A stretch of 37,469 bases of DNA from Neophaeotheca triangularis (lineage: Eukaryota): NCBI GenBank assembly GCA_054600435.1, contig BAAIJX010000051.1, positions 124,001-161,469 on the forward strand. Direction: 5' to 3'. The notes beneath the pieces are model-generated. The model saw only the letters and a program-made list of their open reading frames with translations, had not been told where the DNA came from and made no database searches. Position numbers and translations under genes: made by a program. The stretch's first letter is position 1. The number at the start of each line of letters is the position of its first letter. Positions 11,115-22,068 of the stretch are shown piece after piece.

Positions 11115-12804
11115 ATGCACTCTCAGGCCCTCGCCCTTGCGTTCATCCTCCCTCTCATTTACGCTCAGAGTGGCGGCCCCCAATTCCAGAATGGCTACGC
11201 CGACCGGCAGCTTCCTCTTGAGCAGGATAGCGATCTCGTTTCGGCCAACTTTCCCGACGTAGAAGGCATTGAGCTCTTGTCACCCGCTTTTCTGAACCCA
11301 GAGAACGTGCCTGAGGGGTTTTCCAATGGCACGAGCACAGCAACGCCCCTGCTGACACAAGGTGAGCACGCGGCTCCTTAATTAGCTAATCCGTTGGCAG
11401 ACTGCTGACTGATGATCAGATACCTTCTTGCGAACGCTTGCAGGGCGTAATGACTGGCTCACTTACTATCAGGGAGATTTCACCTCTGAAGAGGCTCGAG
11501 CTATCCCCTATCTGTATCTGACCAACGATGCAAAGCCGAGCGACGCTTCTCATAAAATCCGCATCTTCCTCCAGGGGCATATCCACGGCAACGAACCTGC
11601 GGGTGAGGAGGGCATTCTCGCACTCCTCGGCAAGATGGACGCTAACGCTACATACGCGCAATCAATCCTCGAAGCAGTCGACATCATGATTGTACCGCGG
11701 AACAACCCTGACGGCGTCGCTTACTTCCAAAGGCAACTCGCTAGTGGCTTTGACCCCAACCGCGACTGGGTTATTCTCGGGAGGCAGCCGACACGCGATA
11801 TCAAGTCGTTGTACTCCAGCTTCTCCCCTCACATCTTCGTCGACTGCCACGAATACACCGCGAGCACTCTCCTAGGTCCCGACAGTGACCTTTTGAAGTC
11901 GGAAGACGGGCAGATCTTGGGCATGACCAACCTCAACATCCATCAGGATATTCTCGAGTTGCAGAACGGTCTCTTCCTCGAGGCCATGGCAGAGTCGCTC
12001 GAGAGTCGCAACTTGCGGACCGGTTCCTACTACACCGCTGCGGCAGGCGAGGAACTCTATCTGACGCAGCCTGACTCCAACAGCCAGTACGCTGGTAGCG
12101 CCGCCGGGCTTTACCAAACCGTTTCCCTACTCACCGAGACCCGCGGCATCCGTCTTGGGGACCAGCATTTCCAGCGCCGCACCGCAAGCACCCTTTTCTT
12201 GCTGGAGGGCATCATCCAGACCGCTGTCAACAACGCCCAAGATGTCTACGAGATCATCGAAGGGGCGCGCGCAGACTTTATCGCCAATGATAACCCTGTC
12301 GTCGTCACCGATTCCCGCCGCGAGGAGAATGTGACTTGGGAGTTCATCGACGCCAACACCGGCGACCTCGTCACCCGCGACGCCGTCTTCCTCAACAACA
12401 CCCCACCAGACGCAAATATCACACGCGCCCGCCCGGAAGCCTACGTCTTCTCCCGCGCGTGGGCCGACGTCGCCGAGCGTCTCCGCATTTCCGGCGTTCA
12501 CGTCGAGACCCTCGACGCCGACTTCACCGGCATCGTGGAGGCTCTCACCATCGACGCGGCAACTTTGGCAGATGCGAGATTTGAGGGCGTTGCGCAATTG
12601 TCTGTCACGGCGACAACCGCTAACCGAAGGGAAGTCAGCATTCCTGCTGGAGGCTTCTGGGTCTCGACCAGGCAGCTCAACGCCGCATTCGCGATGGTGT
12701 TGTTGGAACCGGAGAATATTTCTTCGGCCGCGACTTATAACATCGTCCCAGTCGACGAAGAGGACGAGTGGCCTATCTTCAGGGTGATGAAGGAGGATTG
12801 TTGA
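11115..12804 (+). CDS. Secreted zinc carboxypeptidase, family M14, about 543 aa, 1 intron (11362-11419)
   Basis: Signal peptide MHSQALALAFILPLIYAQ. GTGAGC..GCTGAC..CAG intron joins in frame. Motifs HGNE (Zn ligands), NPDG, DPNRD, DCHE and catalytic ETRG. TATAAA about 65 bp upstream. Confidence 0.92.
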
Positions 12805-13258
12805 TGACTTTCACGGGGGACAGTAATTCAATGTTTATTCTGCCTTTACATGAACTCACTTCTTGAGGAGAGGCTATGCGTATCTTGATGTCAGTTCTAT
12901 GAGAACTTCACATTTCCGAATATTTTCATGGGAGACGGTCGTGGATAGTCTCAAACAGTCCCTGGGGCTGGAATCGGTAGGCGCCTCAAGCTCGTTTCGC
13001 GGTACCCCCACTTTTTCACGTGACGATCTGTTCGAGCTCTCCACTTGGCAGTTAGAGCAGCCCAGCGGCCGAGGGAATGGAAAGACTCGGGAGCGATTAC
13101 AAACACGTCCGGAGCTTTGTAACGACATCACATCTACAGCGGCATTTAACTGCCATTAGTATTTCCAATACAAAGCTAAGTATCTGTGCCATTTCTAGTA
13201 GCCTCTTGTCCTTTCTGCAGTACACGCATCGCAGCTATAAAAGCGACGAGCCGAGTCC

Positions 13259-14404
13259 ATGAAGTGGTTTCTCGCCATCTTAATCGCAGTAGTTGGAATC
13301 TGCTCATCACTCTACCGCCAGCAAGAAACAGCAATCTCATACGCCCATTACATGCGCAACCTACTACGCCCCTCGACACTATCAAATCTCACCAAAACGA
13401 ACCCACTCACTGCTACGCAGTCTCTTTCCGCAATGTCGCCCTCCAAATCCTTCGTCGGCCTCCCAGTCATCCCCCCAGAGGACCCCTCCCTTAACGCCCC
13501 CAACCCCGCCCCACGCGCCATAAACACAACCTTCGAAGCCCTTGAGCAAGGCGAAGGCGCCGGTGCAACTGTCCGCCGCAGCATCGGCGTCCCCAAACTC
13601 CGCAACTTCACGCCCTTCCTCATGCTCGACCACTTCACTGTCGCGCCGGGCGCGGGCTTCCCAGACCACCCCCACCGCGGTCAAGAAACCATCACCTACG
13701 TGCTCAGCGGCGCCATCGACCACGAAGACTTCGCTGGCAACAAGGGCACTATGGAGGCGGGGGGCTTGCAATTCATGACCGCCGGCAAGGGTATCGTGCA
13801 CGCCGAGATGCCCCACGATCACGGCGACGGCAGCAGCAATGTCGGCATACAGATGTGGGTAGACTTGCCCAACGAGCTCAAGGACTGCGAGCCCCGATAC
13901 CGAAATGTGCTAGCGGAGGAGATCCCCGTCGCGCAAGTGGACAGCGGCAAAGTGACGGTGAAGGTCATTTCCGGCCGCTCCCACGGCGTCGACTCGCTGC
14001 AAGAGCTCGCTTACACGCCCGTCTGGCTACTGGACGTCTCCATCAACCCCGGCGGCAAGATCACGCAACCTCTGCCGGCGGGCTGGAACGCTTTCGCTTA
14101 CACCCTCAGCGGGACTACGACTTTCGATACCGGGGCGGAGATGCGGCAAGTGCAACAATACCACAACACAGTGTTTGAGCAAAAGGGCGACGCAGTCGTC
14201 ATGAGCGTGCCGGAGGACGGTGAAGCTGCGAGGCTTATTTTGGTGGCGGGACTGCCGCTGGATCAGAAGATTGTACAATATGGCCCTTTTGTTGTCACCG
14301 ATACGCAGCAGATTCGCCAGGCTATGTTTGATTATCAGACTTTTTCGAATGGGTTTGAGAGGGCTAGAGGGTGGGAGAGTGAGATTGGGAAGGTTATGGG
14401 TTAG
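13259..14404 (+). CDS. Pirin family protein (bicupin, iron-binding); true start uncertain (13259, 13352 or 13433)
   Basis: EGAGATVRRSIG, PFLMLDH, GFPDHPHRGQETITY, HEDFAGNKG, QFMTAGKGIVHAEMP, QMWVDLP and QYGPFV. Confidence 0.95.
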   Translation: MKWFLAILIAVVGICSSLYRQQETAISYAHYMRNLLRPSTLSNLTKTNPLTATQSLSAMSPSKSFVGLPVIPPEDPSLNAPNPAPRAINTTFEALEQGEGAGATVRRSIGVPKLRNFTPFLMLDHFTVAPGAGFPDHPHRGQETITYVLSGAIDHEDFAGNKGTMEAGGLQFMTAGKGIVHAEMPHDHGDGSSNVGIQMWVDLPNELKDCEPRYRNVLAEEIPVAQVDSGKVTVKVISGRSHGVDSLQELAYTPVWLLDVSINPGGKITQPLPAGWNAFAYTLSGTTTFDTGAEMRQVQQYHNTVFEQKGDAVVMSVPEDGEAARLILVAGLPLDQKIVQYGPFVVTDTQQIRQAMFDYQTFSNGFERARGWESEIGKVMG

Positions 14405-16050
14405 AAGGTCGGTGGCTTGAGTGATTTGATTGCGATATTGCTGTTAGTTTAGCGTGGCGTTTTGTAGGGTGGTACGGACTTCTATGGAATTTTTGCTGAT
14501 CTACTACCGACGCTATCTTCCCGGCGGACGGCGGCCATTCATGGGGACTTCTTGTAAGCAAGATCCATTTGCTCCGATCGTTTCAGTTACGTACGTAGCA
14601 GCCAGCTGGTGGCCTCACCAGAACGCAACACGGCCCAAAGAATGAGCGGAACGAGCTTCCCCTCGTCCCGGAGACGCCTTGGCCAAACTATTTTGCCGTC
14701 ACCTAGCCGCCGCGAGATGGTACCAAGAATCTCTTCTATCCCAGAGTCGCCGCCCTTGACGCCAGCGCCGACCACTTATCCTTGGTCAACAGGCGCGTGG
14801 CTTCGACGTCTTGGACGAGATGGCCCGCCATATGAGCATGGTTGTGACCATGGCGAATGGCCGTCACTGGTCCCTTGTTCTGGGTTCTGCCGCTTGCCTG
14901 GATGGGGTACGGTGTCTTTGATGCTTTGGCAACCAGTGGCGACTTAGGATGCCACGTGTTAATCAGAGCAGCAGTCATGGCTACGTATCCACTTCATGGT
15001 AATCTGGCGGCCGGGTCCTTCAAGACCAATAAACGACTATGATCTGACCGCGCGGAGAAGGCCCCGTATGACGAGGCAGCGCAGGCAGAGACCGCATGCA
15101 CTTGCCTTGAGGAGCCCCAGTCCAGCCGCCACCGGGAACGAGCAGACTTGCCGCGAGAGCCTTGTACAGAGCTGGTTGAGATCCGACAAACGCTCCTCGG
15201 CGCTGCTTCCGCCAGAGTTTCATCATCGCTGAAGGGGTTAGGCAGACGGAGCAAGAGGTCGAGGTGCGTGCCAGCTTGGGGATCCATCGCCTATTCCTGA
15301 CTGTGCGGCCGCCCTGCTGGGGTCGGTGCGGAAACCCTTGAGTCTGTTCGGCGGAAAAGTACGTCCGATGGGACTCGGCGTAGATTGCCCACAGAGAAAA
15401 CGATCAGACGGACTGCGTTTGCTAGAACAGGAGTATAGAAGCAGCTCATACCTGGCGGCAACGGAACTTCTGAACCATGGAGTGAAAAGTCTTTACTGAC
15501 ATACTCTACGCTGGTTGCTCTAAGACGCTACACTGATTCTTTTCAGAGAAAGAAGGGTCTATTGCGTGACTGTTTGGGAGCTCTCGCGGTTGCGCTGGGG
15601 AAGACTGGGTCATGGTGAGGGGTGCGCTGAACACATCGCTCGGGGCACAGCACTGCGGCTTAGGTTTCGGAGGCGAGTGGAGGCCGCGCTACGAACATTC
15701 CATTGGGGCGACTGTGAGGGAACGTGTTCTGCAGACCGAGGCGGCGTATGTGTTCAACCGAGAGCGCCGGGATTCTTTCGAAGGAGACTTGATGTCTGGC
15801 CGTCGGCGGAATATGTCATCAGGTTGGCTGTTTGCGTTCAACAGCGAGACAATGTGAGATGACCTGGGGGATACAATGCGATGGCTTGATATCTGACCGC
15901 TGCGTTGACGCTTGTGAGCTAGAGATATGAGATGGCAATTTAAAGATGCGGTTTGTCTCGGTGTTGTCGTGTATCGTGGATGCAGGTATCAAAAACTGTT
16001 GCACTGTTCACGAAGAGGTGGCTCTAACCATTGATCTACTCTCTGCAACC

Positions 16051-17902
16051 TCAAGTAGTGAATCGATACTCCGGGTGCTTTTCACCCAACTCCATGACTT
16101 GCTCCTCAGGCATCCCTTCCAAAAAATAATCGCGCTCCCCTCGGTCTCGCTTCTTGTTCTCTCGCTTATAGTGAATCTCCAGCGTGATCATACCAACCAG
16201 CCCCAGCGCCAATAGACCAATAGTCGCACCATAACCCGGGTAGTAAGTCGGTGCGTACACATCCTCGAACATCCAAGGCGAGGCGACACCAGCCGCGTTC
16301 CCGATTGTGAGCTGCAGCCCGGACATGATGGCTCTCTTTCCATAGCGCGGGTTATTCACAGTCAACCAGGCAAGCTGGATGCCGCCGGCGGAGTATAGGC
16401 CCATGGCCACGAACATGCACCCAGCGTAGGACATCGCGACGCCTTGATTCGCGATGAGGAGGCAGTATCCGAATATGGAGACGGAAATCGAGACAATGGT
16501 GAAGTAGCCACGACGTTGGACCTTGTCGCTTAGCCGAGCGTTGCAGACGTAGACGATGGCGCCGGCGGAGTAGATGGGGACGGTCATTGCTTGCACCTCC
16601 GCTGCGGTCCATGTTCCCATACCGTTTATAACGGTAGGAAGGAACACCGAGAAAGAGTACAGCATGTTGTTGATGCAGTATTGGATGATCGCATACGCCC
16701 AAGTGGTCCAGTCTTTCAACCCATCGATGACGTCCGCTTTGACCAGATTATTGGCGTTGTGCGCATGTCCCAACTCCTTCAATCGCATCTTGACCATGTT
16801 TCGTTTGTCTTCTTCGCTCAAGAATTTGGCTGACTCTGGGCTATTCGGAAGTACGAAAGGGACAATCAGTCCGGTGACTACGGTGGGAATCCCGTTGATC
16901 AGGATGATCCAGCGCCAGGCGCGCCATCCGGCATATCCATCTATGTAACTGATGCCATAAGATACTAGACCGCCGGCAATGCCCGATGCAGCGGACGTGG
17001 CGAAGAAATAGGCGACCCTAACAGCAATTCTGCGCTTACCATAGAACATGGTTAGGTACAGGATTACGCCGGGGAACAGTCCCGCTGTGCTGTGTTAGCC
17101 GTTGACGTTGTGGTAGCTCGTCTCTAATGCCGTACCTTCGAAGAGTCCAAGGAGAAGACGACAGGCGACCATCGAGCCCAAGCTATCCACAAAAGCAGTA
17201 AAGGTAGCAACAATACCCCAAGCCAACACGAGACCGGCCAGGTAACGGGCTGGTTGCATCCGCTTGATGATCATGTTTGAAGGGGCTTCGAACAACTGAA
17301 CAAGATCTCGTTAGCATGTCTGATATTCAAGAATACTAGGGGCTGTCCAGTTCCAAAGCGACCCACGCAGTACGTAATGAACAGGACGGCCACAGCGATC
17401 CGATAGTCCTGCCCGTCGTCGCTCATGCCCAGGTCCTCTTCCAATCCAAACTAGATTTTGTCAGTCGAAGATTCCCGCGGAGAAGAAAGGACACGATACC
17501 AAACGACCGTTTCCGATGTTTACTTGGGTGCAATAGTCAGCCAGTGGTCCCGGCTCCCATGGATCGCTTCTGGGGCATATACGTACCTCGATCCATCATA
17601 TTCATCAAGTAAATCCAGACTTTCGTAGCCTGCGGTTAGCAAAGGAAATTCGCGGTGAAAAGGCCGAGGGAGCACTCACCAACCATGGGAATGATGCGAC
17701 GATCGAGCTTCGCAAGAATTTTCCTTTCGGTCGCCTCGTCTACTTCCAGGTCTTCGAATTCGTCCGCAGTCTTGGGCAGCGGCAGGTGAGCATTCGCCAT
17801 GTGCTCTGGATCATTGTTGATGTCGTCGCGAGATGAGTTCGATGTTCCGTCACCTTCAGGAGAGACCTTCTCCCGATGCTCGTCACGTTGCCCTTTCGGC
17901 AT
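16051..17902 (-). CDS. MFS transporter, allantoate/nicotinate (Dal5/Tna1-like) family, about 518 aa, 6 exons (17902-17680, 17619-17587, 17522-17500, 17450-17367, 17295-17136, 17084-16051)
   Basis: Spliced N-terminus reads KLDRRIIPMVVWIYLMNMMDRVNIGNGRLFGLEEDLG. Also FEAPSN, RLLLGLFEAGLFPG, WRWI..I.G, NNPRYGKRA and C-terminal ELGEKHPEYRFT. Confidence 0.92.
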
Positions 17903-19313
17903 AATGTGCGAAGCAATATTGCCTCCTAAAGTCATGTTCAAAACGCACCAAGGGGGAAGTCTGGGGGGGGGGGAAAGGGTGTTGACAATGGAGGAGTCGC
18001 GAACGGGCAGCGTTCCCAATGATGATATAGTCCGAGAACCCCGACGATGCGGGTACTCCAAAATCGCAAGCCAGACGTAAGATCGACGTTTGACAGGCGA
18101 GATTTATTGCATGGAGCTCCACTGACGAGTGTACAGCCATCAGCTTCGCTTTAGATCTCGGCGCCAACATTTTGTTGCGTGTCTGTTTGCGGGATAAGGG
18201 TCTTGGAGAAGACTGGGTACTAGTGATTGTACTACCTCCACCTGCCCTGCAAGTTGCTGGACGATGTTGGGCCCGGAGAGAAAATTCGCCAACTGGTTAC
18301 ACTTGCGATCTCGTAACACCTGCCTATCGTCTTGCAAATCGCAAGAGTTGGTCCAATCTCGTCTCTCGTCTCCATTCCGCTGGGAGTCGTCGATTGAACC
18401 GCCCTTTCTGCCGGGGTGAGTTCAGCTTCGACGAGATTGGAGAGCGCCAGTAGCAACGTTCAAAAGATACTTCGTTCGTGCGGCGTTGAGCCGCACATAT
18501 CTGGTAGATGCAACCCAAGCGCTTGGTTAGCACATGGCATCGAGTCTAGCGAGCCCGCTGGTCGAGGGTCAGAGCCATTTCAAGCCAGATTGTCGTCATA
18601 AAGCTCTAGGATGTCGAGATAAGGATACAGACCCCACGGATATCTGGCCGGACATAAGAAGCATGTTGTCCATGGCATTCCTTGGCCGATGAGGGGCACC
18701 ATGGGGCAGTTGGTCGCATGGAGATGCCGCTGCGAGTTTCTTCGAGCATCTTAGCTTTGCAGTACGCGTCTGCTCGCTCGCTTACAAGAGAAGTCTATGA
18801 TGACGGCGGCAGTGTTGATCAGGCGGTACACGGTCAGGATTCATCCAGAGTTCATCGGGCGAGTGTCGTCTAAACGACAAATTGCCGCCACACCTTCCTT
18901 GAAAAGTTTGGGAGAGATCTGCGCCAAGAATTACTCCACAGATCCAACGGTGCATGTGCACAGTGCACTGTCTGTGCACAATAATAATAATTCCCCTCCA
19001 TAAAGCGTAAGGTAGGTATCCACCTTATCTATGCCAGCAGTTGGACCGTCTCAACGGTAAAACGCTCCTACAGAACCTGGTTCCTCTGAACGGGTACACT
19101 GAGGCAGGAGCGTTACGAGGACATGCTCCAAGCTGGCGACAGCTTAAGCTGGACCTGTTGACGGAGGCCGTTCGACAACGAGTGCCACCTAACTAGTAGC
19201 TGCGGCACTCGAGACGCTACCTTCACTCTTCCACCATCGCATTATCCTCGCCCAGTCACCACCGTCAAAATTCGACCTTCACACAGACCATCAGATCCTC
19301 ACTCGCCATCCCC

Positions 19314-20024
19314 TCACCCCTCTACCTCCTTAACCCCCTCATCATCCGTAACCAACCTCGCTCGATTAAACTCTCCAGTCCTGGGCAAACTCACATGCAC
19401 ATCCGCCACCACCGCCATCTGCACCCTCACCTCCCCATCGCCCCTGACCCCCAAAACATGCCCACCCCTAGACCGTCCATCATCCACAAAATGTAAATGC
19501 TCCCCAGCAACCCCAAACCCCTGCCAATTCGCGGGCGTCCTAAACCCGACAATGGTACCTCTCAACCCGCCAAACTCATCCACGACCTGGTTCTTCCCGA
19601 GCTCACTAAGCGGTTGCCCGGGATACTCAGCGCCATGCACGGTCCTGCATTTCAACCACTCAAAAGCCCCCTCGATCCGATACGTCACGAACAGGTTCCT
19701 CGCCTGGCCTTGGGTGAAATCCTCCAAAACCGCGTCAATGTCCTCCTTACGCTCGAGTTTCACGCTCACGGTTTTCTCCGGTACGAACTGAGTGACTACG
19801 GCGAAAGGAATTTGGTCCGTGGGCTCGGCGATGCGGATGTGGCCGTGCGGTTGCAGTTGGTAGATTGTGTTGTCGAGCATTAGCAGCTCGCCGTTCATGT
19901 TGACGAAGGTGCCGAGCCCTTGGTTGCCCTTTTTGATGAGCTCGGAAGCTGGAATTCCTGAGCCGCTGACGCCGTCCATCAGGGCGTTGAGGAGCGAGTA
20001 TTGGAAAATGTGGTTTGGTTCCAT
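19314..20024 (-). CDS. Alpha-acetolactate decarboxylase (BudA/AlsD family), about 236 aa, intronless CDS
   Basis: IFQYSLLNALMDG, GLGTF..MNGEL, PFAVVT.F, GTIVGFRTP, and metal ligands in GEHLHF...GGH. First ATG is at 20024 (the ORF-track start is TTG). Confidence 0.92.
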   Translation of the reverse strand: MEPNHIFQYSLLNALMDGVSGSGIPASELIKKGNQGLGTFVNMNGELLMLDNTIYQLQPHGHIRIAEPTDQIPFAVVTQFVPEKTVSVKLERKEDIDAVLEDFTQGQARNLFVTYRIEGAFEWLKCRTVHGAEYPGQPLSELGKNQVVDEFGGLRGTIVGFRTPANWQGFGVAGEHLHFVDDGRSRGGHVLGVRGDGEVRVQMAVVADVHVSLPRTGEFNRARLVTDDEGVKEVEG

Positions 20025-20490
20025 GTTGGCGGTGGGCTGGACGTTGGGGAGAGCTTGTTGGAACAAGGATTGCCAGGAAAATGGGAAAGATTGCTATGCT
20101 TGGACGTTGCGCAGAGGATCGCAGCGAGTATCTGTCTGGTACTTACTTCTGCTCTTACATTGGGGAGGCACTGTGGCGTTATTGGAAGTTGAAAGTAAAA
20201 GACATGTGCAGTTCAAGTTGACTTCCGGTCAGTGCCGAGAAGCAGCTAAGCCCTAAGAGTCACTAGTCTAAGTACGCTTGACTTCACTTCACTCCACCGA
20301 ACGCCTTGTTAAGCTATCGCAAAGGGGTATCATGCTCCGTTCTTTTTTCCTTTTCTCCAAGTCCACAATTGACAAACGCCTCGCAAGCTATCAGCCGCCC
20401 TCATATGAAAATTCGCCCCTTGGCAAAAAGCAAGGCCCATAATTGTGCCTGCACCGTGTCCTTGCTCCGTGCGCGCCTCAAGCAAGTCAT

Positions 20491-22068
20491 TCAAAATTCA
20501 CTACTGTCCTGCGCGCTCCTCCTGAGCTTTCGATTGTAAATCTTGCGCTTTTCGTCGCCGCCCCAGAACAGCGCGGCAGCCTCTGGGTGCACAATGGCTC
20601 TTGGATCGTAGCGCGGGGAGTCGTCCGCGAAAGCCGCCCCAATGGCTTCAAGGTGACTGCCTATCTCGTCTGGCTTCTCGGGAAAGTAGCACAAGACGCC
20701 AGTCGAGCCCACGCGATGATGAAAGATCGGTGTCTCGATATGGACGCGTGGTTGGGCTTCGGGGAAAGTGGGAGGGATGGTAAGAGACATGTTGAAGACT
20801 CCACCGTCGAGGTTGGTAGATGTATTACCGAAGAGAGTGATGTGCCAGCGAAAAGGGTTCTTCTTTTCTTTGAGAGAGATGTCCAGCTTGAGCCCACTCT
20901 CAGTGGCGTTGTTGTCGTACTTGTACTTCAACTGATCAGCTTGGAAAAAGAATTGCGTTGCCAGCTGAGTGTCTTTCTCCACTTGCTGCTTGCCTTGATT
21001 GACCCAAGACTCGCTTTCCTCGTCGAGCTTCTTGCGAATGTTCTCGAAGCGTGCTCGAATGCTCTTGTAGTGAAAGCTGCCCTCCATACTATTAGGTGCA
21101 GTCTCAAACTCCATGCGTGCGAAAGGGGTGCCTTCGGGTTGTTCTTTCGCAGCTGCGTCAATAGCGGCGAGATACGAGTCGTAGTACCAAAGGAATCGAC
21201 GTTTCAGGAGGTCTGCGAATGGGTCCCAAAAACCTGGTTCTGTAGCAGAATATGTGTCCTGAGCGTTGGACTTGTAGATTTGGGAAGACGCCACCTTGGC
21301 TGCACCTGCCCCCTTACTGACTTTGGACTTGTGCGCGCCATTGCTAGTCGGAACGGCACCCATTGAGGTATTTTGCCCGGGAGGAGGAGGAGCTTTTGGA
21401 GAGCCGTCCCCTTCCATACCGCTCGAAGGGTCACCGTCTTCCAGAGAATCGTATTCCAGGTCACTATCTTCCGCTCCGGCACCGGCGTAAGCAGAAAAAG
21501 TCCTCTTGGAGCCCTTGGGAGTTGTGTCGTCGAGGTCGATGTGCAATAGCGCCTCCAGTCTCTGCAACACACTGATCCGCAGCGTCTCGTGTCTGATCTT
21601 CGCAACGTATGCCTTGGGTTTGTCCGTATTGGGATCCCCAATCTTGAAGTCCTCGAATCCAGGCTCATTCTCGTAAGGATTAGAGCTCATCAGACTTTGA
21701 ATGCTGAGCAACACGCTCTCCAACCCCTGCGCCGAGCTCCATTCCTCCCCTTTCTCGCCGCGCCAAGTGCCCAGGATGCTCAAACAGACCCTCCCTTCAG
21801 CGTAGATGTTGGGGTTGAAGCGACAGCGTCCGCCGTTGGTGGTGCGACATTTGACGGTGGGAGCTTTGTTGGGGTATTGGCGAGGGAAGTGGAAGTCGAA
21901 CTCGAAGAAACCATATTCGTAGGGTGTTTCGGGTGGGCCGATGATGAGAGCGCGCACTGAACGAACGTCGGAGTCATGGCAAGCAACTGCTAGGGAAAGG
22001 TCGCCGCCTTCTTGGATATGGCGGAGCTCTTTGGTAATACGCCGGATCGCACCCGACGTGTTTGCCAT
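20491..22068 (-). CDS. Ubiquitin-conjugating enzyme E2, UBE2Z-like, with a second C-terminal UBC-fold domain
   Basis: N-domain ALIIGPPETPYEYGFFEF..FP..YP...P, RFNPNIYAEGRVCLSILGTW, SVLLSIQSLM..PYENEPG. C-domain WHITLFG...LDGGVF...IPPTFP...PRV...TPIFHHRV...GVLCY. Confidence 0.9.
   Translation of the reverse strand: MANTSGAIRRITKELRHIQEGGDLSLAVACHDSDVRSVRALIIGPPETPYEYGFFEFDFHFPRQYPNKAPTVKCRTTNGGRCRFNPNIYAEGRVCLSILGTWRGEKGEEWSSAQGLESVLLSIQSLMSSNPYENEPGFEDFKIGDPNTDKPKAYVAKIRHETLRISVLQRLEALLHIDLDDTTPKGSKRTFSAYAGAGAEDSDLEYDSLEDGDPSSGMEGDGSPKAPPPPGQNTSMGAVPTSNGAHKSKVSKGAGAAKVASSQIYKSNAQDTYSATEPGFWDPFADLLKRRFLWYYDSYLAAIDAAAKEQPEGTPFARMEFETAPNSMEGSFHYKSIRARFENIRKKLDEESESWVNQGKQQVEKDTQLATQFFFQADQLKYKYDNNATESGLKLDISLKEKKNPFRWHITLFGNTSTNLDGGVFNMSLTIPPTFPEAQPRVHIETPIFHHRVGSTGVLCYFPEKPDEIGSHLEAIGAAFADDSPRYDPRAIVHPEAAALFWGGDEKRKIYNRKLRRSAQDSSEF

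Noticed and set aside
1234..20024. One large secondary-metabolite cluster spanning acdS to ALDC
   Set aside because: There is no backbone enzyme (NRPS/PKS/terpene synthase) or cluster transcription factor, and housekeeping PSO2 interrupts the span.
20443..21366. 307-aa + strand ORF opposite the E2 gene (and similar antisense ORFs over kinesin, PSO2 and the esterase)
   Set aside because: Mirror frames of real CDSs with no independent evidence.
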